Assembly: GCA_963842945.1 (NCBI GenBank)
Contig: CAWJIM010000024.1
Location: 429,226 to 493,225 of the forward strand
DNA length: 64,000 nt
Source of the DNA: an uncultured Gemmatimonadales bacterium
GTDB taxonomy: Bacteria > Gemmatimonadota > Gemmatimonadetes > Gemmatimonadales > GWC2-71-9
Reading direction: 5' to 3'
Part shown: piece by piece, positions 1 through 11,305 of the stretch
Layout of the letters: each line of letters opens with the position of its first letter
Position numbering within the stretch: the stretch's first letter is position 1
Made by a program: the position numbers and the translations under genes
Notes under the pieces: generated by a model
Databases searched by the model: none
The model's input: the letters and a program-made list of their open reading frames with translations, nothing else
Told to the model about the DNA's origin: nothing

Positions 1-179
1 TCCCGAAGCCGCTTGGCCGATTTCACCGTCGTGGGCGGATAGGTGTGATACAGGAGCGACGAGGTTCCGGTGAAGCCCTCGTGCCCCATCAGCTCCTCGG
101 CATAAATCCCGCCATCCGGCTTCCGGAACGCGATGTGGCGCTTCCGGGGAATTTGACCCATCGTGTGGTAGATCGGCAT
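1..179 (-). CDS. hmgA: homogentisate 1,2-dioxygenase, N-terminal part (runs off window)
   Basis: Manual translation from ATG at 179: MPIYHTMGQIPRKRHIAFRKPDGGIYAEELMGHEGFTGTSSLLYHTYPPT; GGAGG upstream; lies downstream of hppD. Confidence 0.85.
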   Translation of the reverse strand, partial: MPIYHTMGQIPRKRHIAFRKPDGGIYAEELMGHEGFTGTSSLLYHTYPPTTVKSAKRLR

Positions 180-194
180 CTCGACCTCCAAAAA

Positions 195-283
195 GCGTAA
201 GCGGTGAGCGGTGAGCGGTGAGCGGGTTACCTACGAGATGCTCTTCTGCAGCCCGCTTACCGCTCACCTCTTACCGCTCACGC
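195..283. repeat. inverted arrays of GCGGTGA heptamers forming a long hairpin
   Basis: gcgtaagcggtgagcggtgagcggtgagcggg (195-226) pairs imperfectly with cccgcttaccgctcacctcttaccgctcacgc (252-283). Confidence 0.8.
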
Positions 284-289
284 TCTTGC

Positions 290-1415
<1,126 letters not shown>

Positions 1416-1512
1416 GCTGCCCCCTAAGCTGGCGTTGCTACCCGAGATGTGAGCCTGAGCCAGAGCGACGAACTCACGCCTAAATGGAATATAAACATGT
1501 AGTTACTCCCCA

Positions 1513-3624
1513 CTACGTGCCGCCGGCGACACCCTCCATCTGCTGGCAGACCAGCTGGTTTAGCTCGGCCGCCGTAAACGGCTTCTGTAGGAAAGAGACT
1601 CGGGATCGACCAAGCCGCGCTCCACCACGTCCACATGGGAATAACCCGACATATAAAGGATAGGGAGATCGGCCCGAACGTCGCGGATCTTCTGCGCCAG
1701 CTCGATGGTCCCGATGTTCGGAACAATGACATCCGCAACCACCAAATCCAATGTAGCGCCGAACTCCTCGAGCCGGGCGAGAGTCTCATCACCATCGCGA
1801 GCTTCATAAACCCGATGACCCTGCTGCTCCAGTACCCGAACGGCCAGCTCGCGGACCCCTTCTTCGTCCTCGATTACCAGCACGGTGCCGGTCCTGCATT
1901 CTGCCGGGAACGAACCGGACGATCTCGTGCGCTCCACCGGGGCTTCGGCTCGAACCTGGGGCAGACATACGGTTACCGTAGTTCCCGTACCCGGCGCGCT
2001 TTCGACCCAAACGTATCCCCCGCTCTGCTTCACGATACCGTAGACGGTGGCCAGGCCTAATCCAGTGCCGGATCCCGCCGGTTTCGTGGTGAAGAAGGGC
2101 TCGAAAACCTGCTGCAAGATCCCGGCATCCATGCCGTGCCCGGTATCGATCACTGAGACGAGGGCGTATTCCCCGGGAACAATGGAATGCCGATGAGCTG
2201 CAGGCCGTCTTGCTCGTCCAACCGGCGTGATTCGGTGACCAGGCGTAGGGTCCCGCCTCCGGGCATGGCATCGCGGGCATTGAATGCCAGGTTGATAATC
2301 ACCTGGTCCAGTTGCGCGCGGTCGGCTCGCACCAGGGGGCGCAGAGGAGCGAGCGACGCTTCCAGCACGACATTGGCGGGGAGGAGCAGCTTCAGCACCG
2401 ACACCAGCTCCTGCACCACGTCGTTCAGCTGGAGATCCGTTGGCTGGAGGATCTGTTGCCGGCTGAAGGCGAGCAGCTGCTGGGTGATCTTGCCCGCTCG
2501 TGTGGCCGCCTTTCGGATCTCCTCGATATCGCGGTGGCGCTCCGCTGCGACCGCCCCACTTCGGGCCAGCAGGTCGCTGAATCCGAGGATGATGGTCATC
2601 ATGTTGTTCACTTCGTGAGCTACGCCGCCGGCCAGCCGGCCCACGGCCTCCAGCCGCTGGGCGCGGCGAAGCCTCTCCTCTGCCCGCTTGAGCTCGGTGA
2701 GATCCTGAACGGTGATGACGTAGGAGCTGCCACCCGGACCTGCGGCCAGCGAGGTCACATTGGTCAGCACCGGAAACAGAGAGCCATCGGCCCGGAGGTG
2801 AAGCGACTCATACACGGGAGGACTCGACTCGCTTCGCCACCCGGCCGGTTCGTGGGCCCGATCGGCGGGGAGCAGATCGGTAAACAATCTTCCACTCAGG
2901 CTACCGGAGGTCGGATGGCCGTGCAGCGCCGCGAATGCGGGGTTTACCGCCTCGATCCGTTGATCCTCCGCATCCACGATGGCGGCACCCCAGCCGGCCC
3001 GGTCGAACACCCGGATCCATTTCTGCAGGGTGTCTTCCAGTCGGTAACGGCGGGCCTCCTCATTGCCCAGCCGGTCGTTCAGGTCCGAGCCCTGAATCGC
3101 GACGGCTGAGCGCCGGGCAATAACCTGAGCCGCTGAAAGATCCAGGGCGTGGTACGGCTCGCTCGGCTGAACGCGCAGCAGTGCCATGGCTCCGAAAATC
3201 GTGCCTCCGGAGCGGAAAGGAACCACGATCAACGACTGAACGTGCAGACGCTGTAATAGGGTATCGACCGCGGTATCCCGCCGGAGGAAACGGCCGCGGC
3301 AGGGGTGAGCTGCGGAATCCAACGGAACTCGCGTCCCCGCTCCGCGTCCGCTTTGGCCAGCCGTCGCAGCGCGGGCAGCAGGGGGCGGAGTGCCTCCGCG
3401 ATGTCCGCTTCCTCCCGGGGATTGGAGTGGACAACCTCGATCCAATCCTCCTGTTCCTCACGTTGAACGATCAGAACGACGGCGTCTGCAAACCCGGGCA
3501 CCAGGCACTCGCCGGTCGCTCGAATGGTCCGCTCGAAGCCCGATGCGTGATGCAAAGCGCGGGCGACTCGTTCCAACAGATGCAGTCTCTCACCGCCAAT
3601 GGGACCGGCGGCACCTGAAGTCAA
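1513..3624 (-). CDS. hybrid sensor histidine kinase GAF-PAS-HisKA-HATPase-REC (frameshifts near 3290, 2170, 1590)
   Basis: GGVAHEVNN H-box, NARDAM, FEPFFTTK, GTGLGL, receiver VLVIEDE and FLQKPF spread over ORFs 3229-3624, 2150-3445, 1560-2153. Confidence 0.85.
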
Positions 3625-3704
3625 GCCAGCCTCCGCGGAGCCCCGCGCAACCCTATGTGTCTGCTCAGCATCAGCTCAACCTGTGGCCGAAGCGGGCCGG
3701 AAGC

Positions 3705-3720
3705 CGTGATCCCGGTTACG
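3705..3720. promoter_or_regulatory. CRP/FNR-like box
   Basis: CGTGA-tcccgg-TTACG in the divergent intergenic region. Confidence 0.4.
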
Positions 3721-3788
3721 CACACTGCGAGCACGTTTGCCCTTCCCTCCAAAGTGGGCTAGCTTCACTACTCAGCATCGGAGCGCAA

Positions 3789-4805
3789 ATGGCAGGGCGG
3801 GACATCGTGGTCATCGGCGGCTCCGCCGGCAGCATCGAAGCGGTCGCCGAGTTTGTGAAGGGCCTCCCTCCGGATTTTCCCGGTTCCGTGTTCGTAGTGA
3901 TCCACTTCCCCGGGTCGGTCACCAGCACCTTGCCGCGAATCCTGAGCCGGGCCGGACCCCTCCCGGCCCGCCATGCCGTGCATGGCCAAGCGATCGAGCC
4001 CGGCCGCATTTACGTTGCCCCTCCTGATTGTCACCTGCACCTCATCGACGGCCAGACCCGGTTGACCCGCGGCCCCAAGGAAAATGGTCACCGCCCCGCC
4101 ATCGATCCGCTCTTTCGCACGGCCGCCCACAGCTACGGGCCCCGGGTCGTCGGAGTAGTTCTATCGGGAAACCTCAACGACGGCACCGCCGGGCTTCTCG
4201 CCGTCAAGCAGCGCGGAGGCATCGCTATCGCTCAGTCTTTGGAGTCCGCGCTCTATCAGGGTATGCCCCGGAGCGCCATCGAACACGTGGAGATTGATCA
4301 CGTGCTCGCGCCATCCGAGATCCCCCTGCTGCTCACCGAGCTTGCCCTGGAGCCGGTACAGCGCCCCGAGGTGGTACCTATGCCTGATATTTCCCCTGAC
4401 GACCAGCATGCCGACGACTTTGCCGTTGCCGACCGGCATACCCAGCCGGGAGTTCCGTCCACCATGACCTGTCCCGAATGCCACGGCACACTCTGGGAGG
4501 TCAAGGACGACGAGCTGGTCCGCTTCCGGTGCCGCGTGGGCCACGCGTACAGCGATGAGGCGCTGCTGGTGCATCAATCGGAGCAGCTCGAGGCGGCACT
4601 GTGGACCGCCCTCCGGGCGCTCGAAGAGCACTGGGCCCTGGCCCGGCGGCTGGCGGCACGCGCCAGCAGCCGCGGTCACTCCCACAGCGCCTCTTCCTTC
4701 ACCGAGCAGGCTATGGACGCCGAGCACCACGCCTCAGTCATCCGAACCGTTCTGAACCGGGGGGTCCGGACCGGTGATGCGGCCGAAGCGCTGGTAGTGG
4801 GATGA
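3789..4805 (+). CDS. cheB: CheB-type methylesterase without receiver domain, with C-terminal CxxC/CxxGH extension
   Basis: VIGGSAG, VVIHF, RPAIDPLF, LSGNLNDG catalytic motifs; TCPECHG and RCRVGH in tail. Confidence 0.9.
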   Translation: MAGRDIVVIGGSAGSIEAVAEFVKGLPPDFPGSVFVVIHFPGSVTSTLPRILSRAGPLPARHAVHGQAIEPGRIYVAPPDCHLHLIDGQTRLTRGPKENGHRPAIDPLFRTAAHSYGPRVVGVVLSGNLNDGTAGLLAVKQRGGIAIAQSLESALYQGMPRSAIEHVEIDHVLAPSEIPLLLTELALEPVQRPEVVPMPDISPDDQHADDFAVADRHTQPGVPSTMTCPECHGTLWEVKDDELVRFRCRVGHAYSDEALLVHQSEQLEAALWTALRALEEHWALARRLAARASSRGHSHSASSFTEQAMDAEHHASVIRTVLNRGVRTGDAAEALVVG

Positions 4806-6727
4806 GCGAGCGATACTCGGATTCGGCAGAAGAGGCCCTCACCGAGACTGGTGACGGCACTCCGGAGGAAGCGGCGCTCTCCCAACCGCCGCCGGAGTCC
4901 GATCCTGAATGGTCCGGGCTGCTGGAGAACCTCCTCACCTCGCGCGGTTTCGATTTTCACGGATACAAGGCGGCGTCGCTGGCGCGGCGCATCCGCAAGC
5001 GCATGGAGTCGGTCGGGGTGGAGAGCTTTGCGGCATACCAGGAGTATCTCGAGGTCCACCCGAACGAGTTTGCCACGCTGTTCAATACCATCCTCATCAA
5101 CGTCACCAGCTTCTTCCGCGACCCGGCCGCGTGGGAGGTGGTACGTACGGTGGCTGTTCCTGAAGTCCTGGCCGCCAAGGCTCCCGGTGAGCCGCTCCGG
5201 GCCTGGAGCGTCGGCTGTGCTACGGGAGAGGAGGCCTACACCCTCGCCATGATCCTGGCAGAGGAGCTGGGGCTGGACGAGTTCCGGGATCGGGTAAAGA
5301 TCTACGCCACCGATGTGGACGAGGACGCGCTCAACACCGCTCGGCATGCCGCCTACAGCGATCGCCAGGTGGAAGGCGTCCCGCCGGAGCTGCTGACCAA
5401 GTACTTCGAGAAGGTGGACGGGCTCAATCTCTTTCGGAAGGACCTCCGGCGGCAGGTCATCTTCGGCCGTCACGACTTGATCAACGACGCGCCCATCTCG
5501 CGCATCGACCTGCTCACCTGCCGTAACACGCTGATGTACCTGAATGGAGAAACCCAGGCCCGGGTGCTTTCCCGCCTGCACTTTGCCTTGAACGACGGAG
5601 GATTTCTCCTCCTGGGCCGGGCCGAGACGCTGATGGCTCATGGTCACAGCTTCGTGTCGGTAGACCTGAAGCGGCGGCTGAGCCGGAAAGGCGCCCGTCG
5701 AACCCAGGCCGATCCGGGTTTTCCGGAACGGGAGCGCAGGAGCGGAGCACCGGAAAGCATGGACAGTCATCTGCAGATGGCGGCGTTGGAGGCAAGCCCG
5801 GTGGCTCAGATCGTGGTGGATGCTGCCGGGCAGGTGGTGATCGCCAACGATCGCGCGCGGGAGCTCTTCGCTCTCCGGCAATCGGACGTCGGCCGGCCCC
5901 TCCGGGATCTTCCCCTGTCCTACCGTCCGCTGGAGCTGCGCTCCCTGATCGAGCGGGCGGAGGCCGAGAGGCGCAACGTCGGCATCAAGGATGTCGAGTG
6001 GCGCACGCCCTCAGGCGACTCGCGCTGGCTCGACCTCCAGATCGCTCCGCTCACCGACGGACCGGGTAGCCTGCTGGGCACCATTCTCACCTTTTCCGAT
6101 ACCACTGCCTATCGCCGGCTGCAGCGAGAGCTGGAGCAATCCCATCAGGAGCTGGAAACGGCCTACGAGGAGCTCCAGTCTACCAACGAGGAGCTGGAGA
6201 CCACCAACGAGGAGCTCCAGTCTACGGTGGAGGAACTGGAGACCACCAACGAGGAGCTCCAGTCGACCAATGAAGAGCTGGAGACCATGAACGAGGAGCT
6301 CCAGTCCACCAATGAAGAGCTCCAGACCATGAACGACGAGCTCCGGCAGCGGGGCGAGGACCTGAACACCTCCAACGCCCTTCTCCAATCCGTGCTGGCC
6401 AGTCTGCGAGGTGGAGTGGCCGTGGTGGACCCCGAGCTCAGGGTGCTGGCCTGGAACCCTCAAGCCGAGGAGCTCTGGGGACTCCGAGAGGAGGAGGTCG
6501 AGGGCAAGCATCTGCTCAATCTGGACATCGGTCTGCCGCTCGAACGGCTGCGGCCCCTGCTCCGAAGCTGTCTGGGGGGAGAAGGTGGAAACCAGATGCT
6601 TGACGCGGTCAATCGGCGGGGCAAGACCATCCGCTGCCAGGTGACCTGCACTCCGCTCCGGGCCGACGGCAAAGGGGTTGGTGGAGCAATTCTGTTGATG
6701 GAGCACTCCGCCGATGGCAGCGCCTGA
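4802..6727 (+). CDS. cheR: CheR-type methyltransferase with PAS domains and coiled-coil repeats
   Basis: INVTSFFRD, WSVGCATGEEAY, IYATDVD, CRNTLMY; EELQSTNEELET repeats; two PAS-like regions. Confidence 0.9.
   Translation: MSERYSDSAEEALTETGDGTPEEAALSQPPPESDPEWSGLLENLLTSRGFDFHGYKAASLARRIRKRMESVGVESFAAYQEYLEVHPNEFATLFNTILINVTSFFRDPAAWEVVRTVAVPEVLAAKAPGEPLRAWSVGCATGEEAYTLAMILAEELGLDEFRDRVKIYATDVDEDALNTARHAAYSDRQVEGVPPELLTKYFEKVDGLNLFRKDLRRQVIFGRHDLINDAPISRIDLLTCRNTLMYLNGETQARVLSRLHFALNDGGFLLLGRAETLMAHGHSFVSVDLKRRLSRKGARRTQADPGFPERERRSGAPESMDSHLQMAALEASPVAQIVVDAAGQVVIANDRARELFALRQSDVGRPLRDLPLSYRPLELRSLIERAEAERRNVGIKDVEWRTPSGDSRWLDLQIAPLTDGPGSLLGTILTFSDTTAYRRLQRELEQSHQELETAYEELQSTNEELETTNEELQSTVEELETTNEELQSTNEELETMNEELQSTNEELQTMNDELRQRGEDLNTSNALLQSVLASLRGGVAVVDPELRVLAWNPQAEELWGLREEEVEGKHLLNLDIGLPLERLRPLLRSCLGGEGGNQMLDAVNRRGKTIRCQVTCTPLRADGKGVGGAILLMEHSADGSA
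6147..6342 (+). repeat. coding 21/42-bp tandem repeat (EELQSTN/EELETTN heptads)
   Basis: gaggagctccagtctaccaac / gaggagctggagaccaccaac units repeated inside cheR. Confidence 0.85.
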
Positions 6728-9023
6728 CCTCAGCCCGGACCGGGTGGACCAAGACCCGGAACAGCTAGCGGTCACCGAAGAGATCCGGGAAAGCGCCGAG
6801 CTTGCCCGCCAGGCTCGTGAACGAGAGCGGCAGGGGGCCGAGGATCTACGGGAGGATCAGGAACGAGCCCGCCAAGCCGGAGAGGAGCAGCGCAGCTGGA
6901 CCGAAGCGGCCCGAGCGATGGCCGATGAGTTCCGGACAGCAAAGGAGCAGCTGCGAGCCGCAGCGGAGGACGCCCGATCCTCGGCGGAAGACGCCCGTCA
7001 GGCTGCCGAGGAGCTTCGCCGCTCCACCGAGGTTGCCCTCAAGGCCGCATACGATCAGCTCGCCATTCTGCAGGAGGCCAGGGAGACCTTGGCGCGCTAC
7101 TGGGAGGAGCCGCGCGCCTCAGGGACACTGCGGGCGGAGGACATGAGTCCCGAGGAATTGGGGAACCGGCTCCGCCTCGCGCACGATCGCATCGCCTCTC
7201 TCACGCAACGCGAAGATGTGGACGCCGAGCAGGCGGCCGACGATCTACGCTCGGCCCTGGAGGAGCTGCGGGTAGCGGACGAGGAGCTCCGGACCCAGAA
7301 CGAAGAGCTGGCTACCGCCCAGCTGGACGTCGAGGCCGGGCGCGGTCGCTACTATGAGCTCTTCGACCTGGCGCCAGACGCCTACTTGGTGACAAACCTG
7401 GCGGGCATCATCGACGAAGCGAATCTGTCGGCCACGAAGCTGCTGGGTATTGCGCGGGAGTTTCTGGTCGGGAAAGCTCTCGCGTCCTATATCGCCACGG
7501 ACGATCGGGTCCGGTTCCGGTCGTTGCTGAGCGCCCGCGACCGCGGCGGCAGCAGTCGTCCCCTGGCCTTCAGGATCAGGGGTCGGGGTGGAACCAACCT
7601 GCACGTGGAGCTGACCTACTCGATCATCGACGACGAGCGGGGCAATCCGACCGGGTTCCGCTGGATCGTCCGGGACGTCACCGAGCAGGAGCGCATGGCC
7701 CGGCAGATCCGGTCGCTCAATTCCGAGCTGGAGTTTCGCGTGGCCGAGCGCACCGGCGCTCTCGAGGCAGCGCAAGAGTTGTCCGAGGAACTGTTGCAGC
7801 GGGAGCAGACCGCGCGCCGCGCCGCCGAGGCCAGCGAGGCCCAGTCCCGGCACGTGCAGAAGCTGGAGAGCATCGGAGTGCTGGCCGGAGGCATTGCCCA
7901 CGATTTCAATAATCTGCTTCATGTCATCCTGGGGAATGCGGACATCGCGCTGAGTCGCCTTGCCGGGCGCTCTCCCGCCCGCGAGCCGCTGGAAGAAGTG
8001 ATTCGGGCCACGATCCGCGCCGCCGACCTCACCCGGCAGATGCTCGCCTACTCGGGTAAGGGCGCCTTCGTCGTTCGCAACCTGGATCTCTCCAGTGAAG
8101 TGAGAGAGATGGCGACCCTGCTGCGCACCGCCATCAGCAAGCAGGCCACGCTGGTGTGGGAACTGGCCACCGATCTCCCTGCGGTAAAGGCCGACGCCAC
8201 CCAGATCCGGCAGATCGTGATGAATCTGATCACCAACGCCTCCGACGCCCTGCAGAACGCCGGCGGCACCATCACGCTTCGAACCGGCGTGCTCGACCGA
8301 AGCCAGCTCGACGATCCCGCCTTCGGACCGCCGATCGGCGAGGTCGAGCCGGCAGCCGACTACCACGAGGAAATGGTCTACCTCGAGGTCCACGATACCG
8401 GAGCCGGAATGACACCGGATACTCTCCGCCGCATCTTCGACCCTTTCTTCTCCACCAAGTTCTCCGGCCGGGGGCTCGGACTGGCGGCGGTGATGGGCAT
8501 CGTCCGGAGCCACCAGGGACTGATTCGTATCCGCACCGAGCCGGATCGAGGCACCAGTTTTCAGGTCCTCTTCCCGTCCGTGACCGGGAAGGTGATGAAA
8601 CAGGGGAAGCCATCCGCGGCCCGGAGCGAGTGGCGGGGTGAGGGAACGATCCTCGTGGTAGAAGACGAGGCAGACGTACGGGAAGTGGCCGAGCGCATCC
8701 TTCAGGATTTCGGCTTCGAAACGATCCCGGCGGGCGACGGACGGGATGCCCTCGACCTCATGGAGAGCAGAGGCAGCGAGGTTACAGCGATCCTGATGGA
8801 CCTTTCGATGCCGAGAATGGGAGGTCAGGAGGCCCTGCGCCAGCTACGAGATAGCTGGCCCGACCTGCCCGTCATCATGATGAGCGGGTACACCGAGGAG
8901 TCCGTCGCGCCGCAGTTCAGTGATGCCGGCCCCGGCGTCACCGCGTTCCTGCAGAAGCCCTTCTTCGCGGAAGACCTCATTGGGGTCCTTCGTCGCGTTC
9001 TGGTCACCGCCGGACTCAGTTAG
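6714..9023 (+). CDS. hybrid histidine kinase: long Glu-rich coiled coil, PAS, HisKA, HATPase, REC
   Basis: GGIAHDFNN, NASDA, FDPFFSTK, GRGLGL, ILVVEDE, FLQKPF. Confidence 0.9.
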   Translation: MAAPDLSPDRVDQDPEQLAVTEEIRESAELARQARERERQGAEDLREDQERARQAGEEQRSWTEAARAMADEFRTAKEQLRAAAEDARSSAEDARQAAEELRRSTEVALKAAYDQLAILQEARETLARYWEEPRASGTLRAEDMSPEELGNRLRLAHDRIASLTQREDVDAEQAADDLRSALEELRVADEELRTQNEELATAQLDVEAGRGRYYELFDLAPDAYLVTNLAGIIDEANLSATKLLGIAREFLVGKALASYIATDDRVRFRSLLSARDRGGSSRPLAFRIRGRGGTNLHVELTYSIIDDERGNPTGFRWIVRDVTEQERMARQIRSLNSELEFRVAERTGALEAAQELSEELLQREQTARRAAEASEAQSRHVQKLESIGVLAGGIAHDFNNLLHVILGNADIALSRLAGRSPAREPLEEVIRATIRAADLTRQMLAYSGKGAFVVRNLDLSSEVREMATLLRTAISKQATLVWELATDLPAVKADATQIRQIVMNLITNASDALQNAGGTITLRTGVLDRSQLDDPAFGPPIGEVEPAADYHEEMVYLEVHDTGAGMTPDTLRRIFDPFFSTKFSGRGLGLAAVMGIVRSHQGLIRIRTEPDRGTSFQVLFPSVTGKVMKQGKPSAARSEWRGEGTILVVEDEADVREVAERILQDFGFETIPAGDGRDALDLMESRGSEVTAILMDLSMPRMGGQEALRQLRDSWPDLPVIMMSGYTEESVAPQFSDAGPGVTAFLQKPFFAEDLIGVLRRVLVTAGLS

Positions 9024-9340
9024 CCGGTCCCAGTGCAATTTCGCCGCTGAGGCGCATCTCCCCTTCCTTGAGCCGGAGCGGGAGGGGGCCCGGGCTGGGG
9101 AGAGTTGTCGTTTCTCTCGACCCAGCATGCGGTTACACTCAGAGTCTCGAGCTGCTGCCAATCTCCAGATTCGGGTCCTCCGAGCAGGATGGGCGTCACC
9201 GCTCCACCCGCGCCGGCGGAGGCATATTATTGGTGGTACGACTGTTGCCGGGGCTGGAGCATCTTGAGCCTTCGGGATCCGTCTCGGCCGCGAGCGGAGG
9301 TGCCCGGAAGCGGTAATGCGTGGGTTCACTGAAGAGGTAC

Positions 9341-9838
9341 ATGACGGCCGATCTCACCCAGCTCTTCGAGCAATACTACGGCTCGCTCGTCCGGATGCTG
9401 TACCGCCGAACGGGAGACCGGGATCGCGCCGAGGATCTGGCTCAGGAAACCTTTGCCCGCGCGGTGGCCGCACCGCCCAACAACCCTCGGCCGTGGCTGT
9501 TCGCCGTCGCCCTGAACCTGGTCCGGGAAGATGGCCGGAGGAACGTGCGCCAGGGCCGGCGGCTCGAGTTGCTTCGGGCCGACGCCGCGCCGGCCCAGGG
9601 GCCGGACGAAGAGTTCGACCGGAACGAGCGTAGCGCCGGGGTGCGGGCCGCGCTGGCTACGCTGACCGAACGCGATCGGGAGGCATTGCTGCTGAAGGCC
9701 GAGGGGTTCAATTACGGAGAGATCGCTGCCACCTTGGGACTCTCCAAAGGCGCCGTGGGCACCACGCTGGCCCGGGCCCGGCGCCGGCTGGTGGATGCAT
9801 ATAGAGCGGAAGGACGGGGCAAGAATGTCGCATCTTGA
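9341..9838 (+). CDS. ECF RNA polymerase sigma factor
   Basis: AEDLAQETF region 2, WLFAVALN, region 4 YGEIAATLGLSKGAVGTTLARARRRL. Confidence 0.9.
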   Translation: MTADLTQLFEQYYGSLVRMLYRRTGDRDRAEDLAQETFARAVAAPPNNPRPWLFAVALNLVREDGRRNVRQGRRLELLRADAAPAQGPDEEFDRNERSAGVRAALATLTERDREALLLKAEGFNYGEIAATLGLSKGAVGTTLARARRRLVDAYRAEGRGKNVAS

Positions 9839-11106
9839 TGAAGGCACGCTGCACGCGCTCCTCGACGGTGAGCTGGATCTGGCGGAAGTCAGCGAGATCC
9901 AGAAGCACCTCGGGAGCTGTGTGGCCTGCGGCTCCCGTCTCCAGGAAGTTAAGCAGGTGCTGGCCGAGGCCGACCGGCTGGTTGGCGCCATGGAGGTTCC
10001 GGCCGGCGCCTCACGGCCTCGCTCGGAGGCCCCCCGCCCCGAGCCTCAGCCACTCCCATCCCGGCCGGCGTATGAGCCGCTGGCGTGGGACGAGCCACCC
10101 GTGCTCCTGGTGCCCGATCCGATCGATGCGCATGCCAAGCGCCGGCGACATCGATTCGGGGGCTGGCTGTGGCGGCAACCCTGGCCGGAATCGTCACCGG
10201 AGGCAAGCTCATCGGCCGAGCGTTCGAGCCGAGCCATCCGATGCTTTCGGACCGGGATCTCACTTCGGTCTCACAGCAAACCGCTCAACCGGCGGTGGTC
10301 AGCCCTGAGGAGAGCCGGAAACCCGAGTCTACACTGGCTACTCGGGAGAACAAGTCGAACCGCATCCAGCCGCAGCGAGCCCCAGCGGCCAGCGCCCACG
10401 CCCCCTCCAGCCCGGGCCAAGGTGGCAGTAGACACGTCCACTCTTCCGGCCGACCCGGAGGATTCCGCCGTCTCGGATTCAGCTGCAGCGGACTCCATGG
10501 CATTGGCTGAGGCGGCGGCTGACAGCCTTGCCCAAATCGACGCCGCCGCCGGGGTGGCCGCCACCGCGTCGGCGCGCCCACAGGATGGCCAGTCGGAGAC
10601 CGAGCCTTCGTCGAGCGATGCTCTGGCCACCCGCCGGGCCGCCGCCGCGGCTCTGGCCGAGCTGGATCGGGAGAGACAGCGCCAGCGGGCCAACGCCGCC
10701 ACCGCCGCGCTGCCGCCGGCTCGGGTTGAGGCAGAGGCGGAGCCGGCTCCCCGGCCACCTACTCTGGAACAGCGGTCCCAGGTCTATCTCCGAATCGGGC
10801 TGGATGAGGCAGTGAAGCAGCTGGGTGGCCCCGTGCACGTGATCGAGGGGATGACGCCGGAGCTCATCGGCTTGACCCGAACCCAGCTGATCCCGGGCAC
10901 CACGCTCGACCCGTCCGGTGGTACGAGTGGTGTATCTCGATAATAGAGGCCGGCTCATTCTGCTGGATCAGCAGCGAATGGCCTCGGGGCAGGCACTCAG
11001 CACTCCCGCGGGAAGCCTTCGCTGGGCGATCGGAGACGTGATGCTATATCTGCGGGGCGAGCCGAGTCCCGACGTGCTCAGGAGCTTGCAGGCGCGGGTG
11101 AGGTAA
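9825..11106 (+). CDS. zf-HC2 anti-sigma factor (frameshifts near 10155 and 10905)
   Basis: MSHLDEG..HLGSCVAC (HxxxCxxC); TM segment GLAVAATLAGIVTGG in alternate frame; overlaps sigma stop. Confidence 0.8.
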
Positions 11107-11109
11107 AGA

Positions 11110-11305
11110 GGGGAAGGAATACGGGAGGGTCGGGCAAGACGGGAAGGTATGCGGAAACGGAGACAGGCGGTGAGGTGAGAGAATCAAGAGACACGTGCTT
11201 GAGGAGCATCACATTCTTGCAAGAAACCACATCCCTGGCAGCCTATCCGTCCTGACCATCCACCTTCCCGTCCTTCACGTCCTTCCCGTCGTTCCCGTCC
11301 TTATC
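11110..11305. repeat. imperfect inverted arrays of ~9-bp GACGGGAAG units between convergent genes
   Basis: left gggaaggaatacgggagggtcgggcaagacgggaagg; right ccttcccgtccttcacgtccttcccgtcgttcccgtcc. Confidence 0.55.

Noticed and set aside
3390..3788. N-terminal extensions in the ORF track (cheB from 3390, CMD from 37270, ArsR from 63774, DUF4126 from 46849)
   Set aside because: Extensions overlap other genes or promoters; family homology starts at the downstream ATG
6147..6342. Tandem repeats resembling a CRISPR-like array
   Set aside because: In-frame coiled-coil coding repeats of cheR with no unique spacers and no cas genes
7136..7145. Internal start (GGAGG-AC-ATG) giving a shorter kinase isoform
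   Set aside because: RBS-to-ATG spacing of 2 nt is too short to support it
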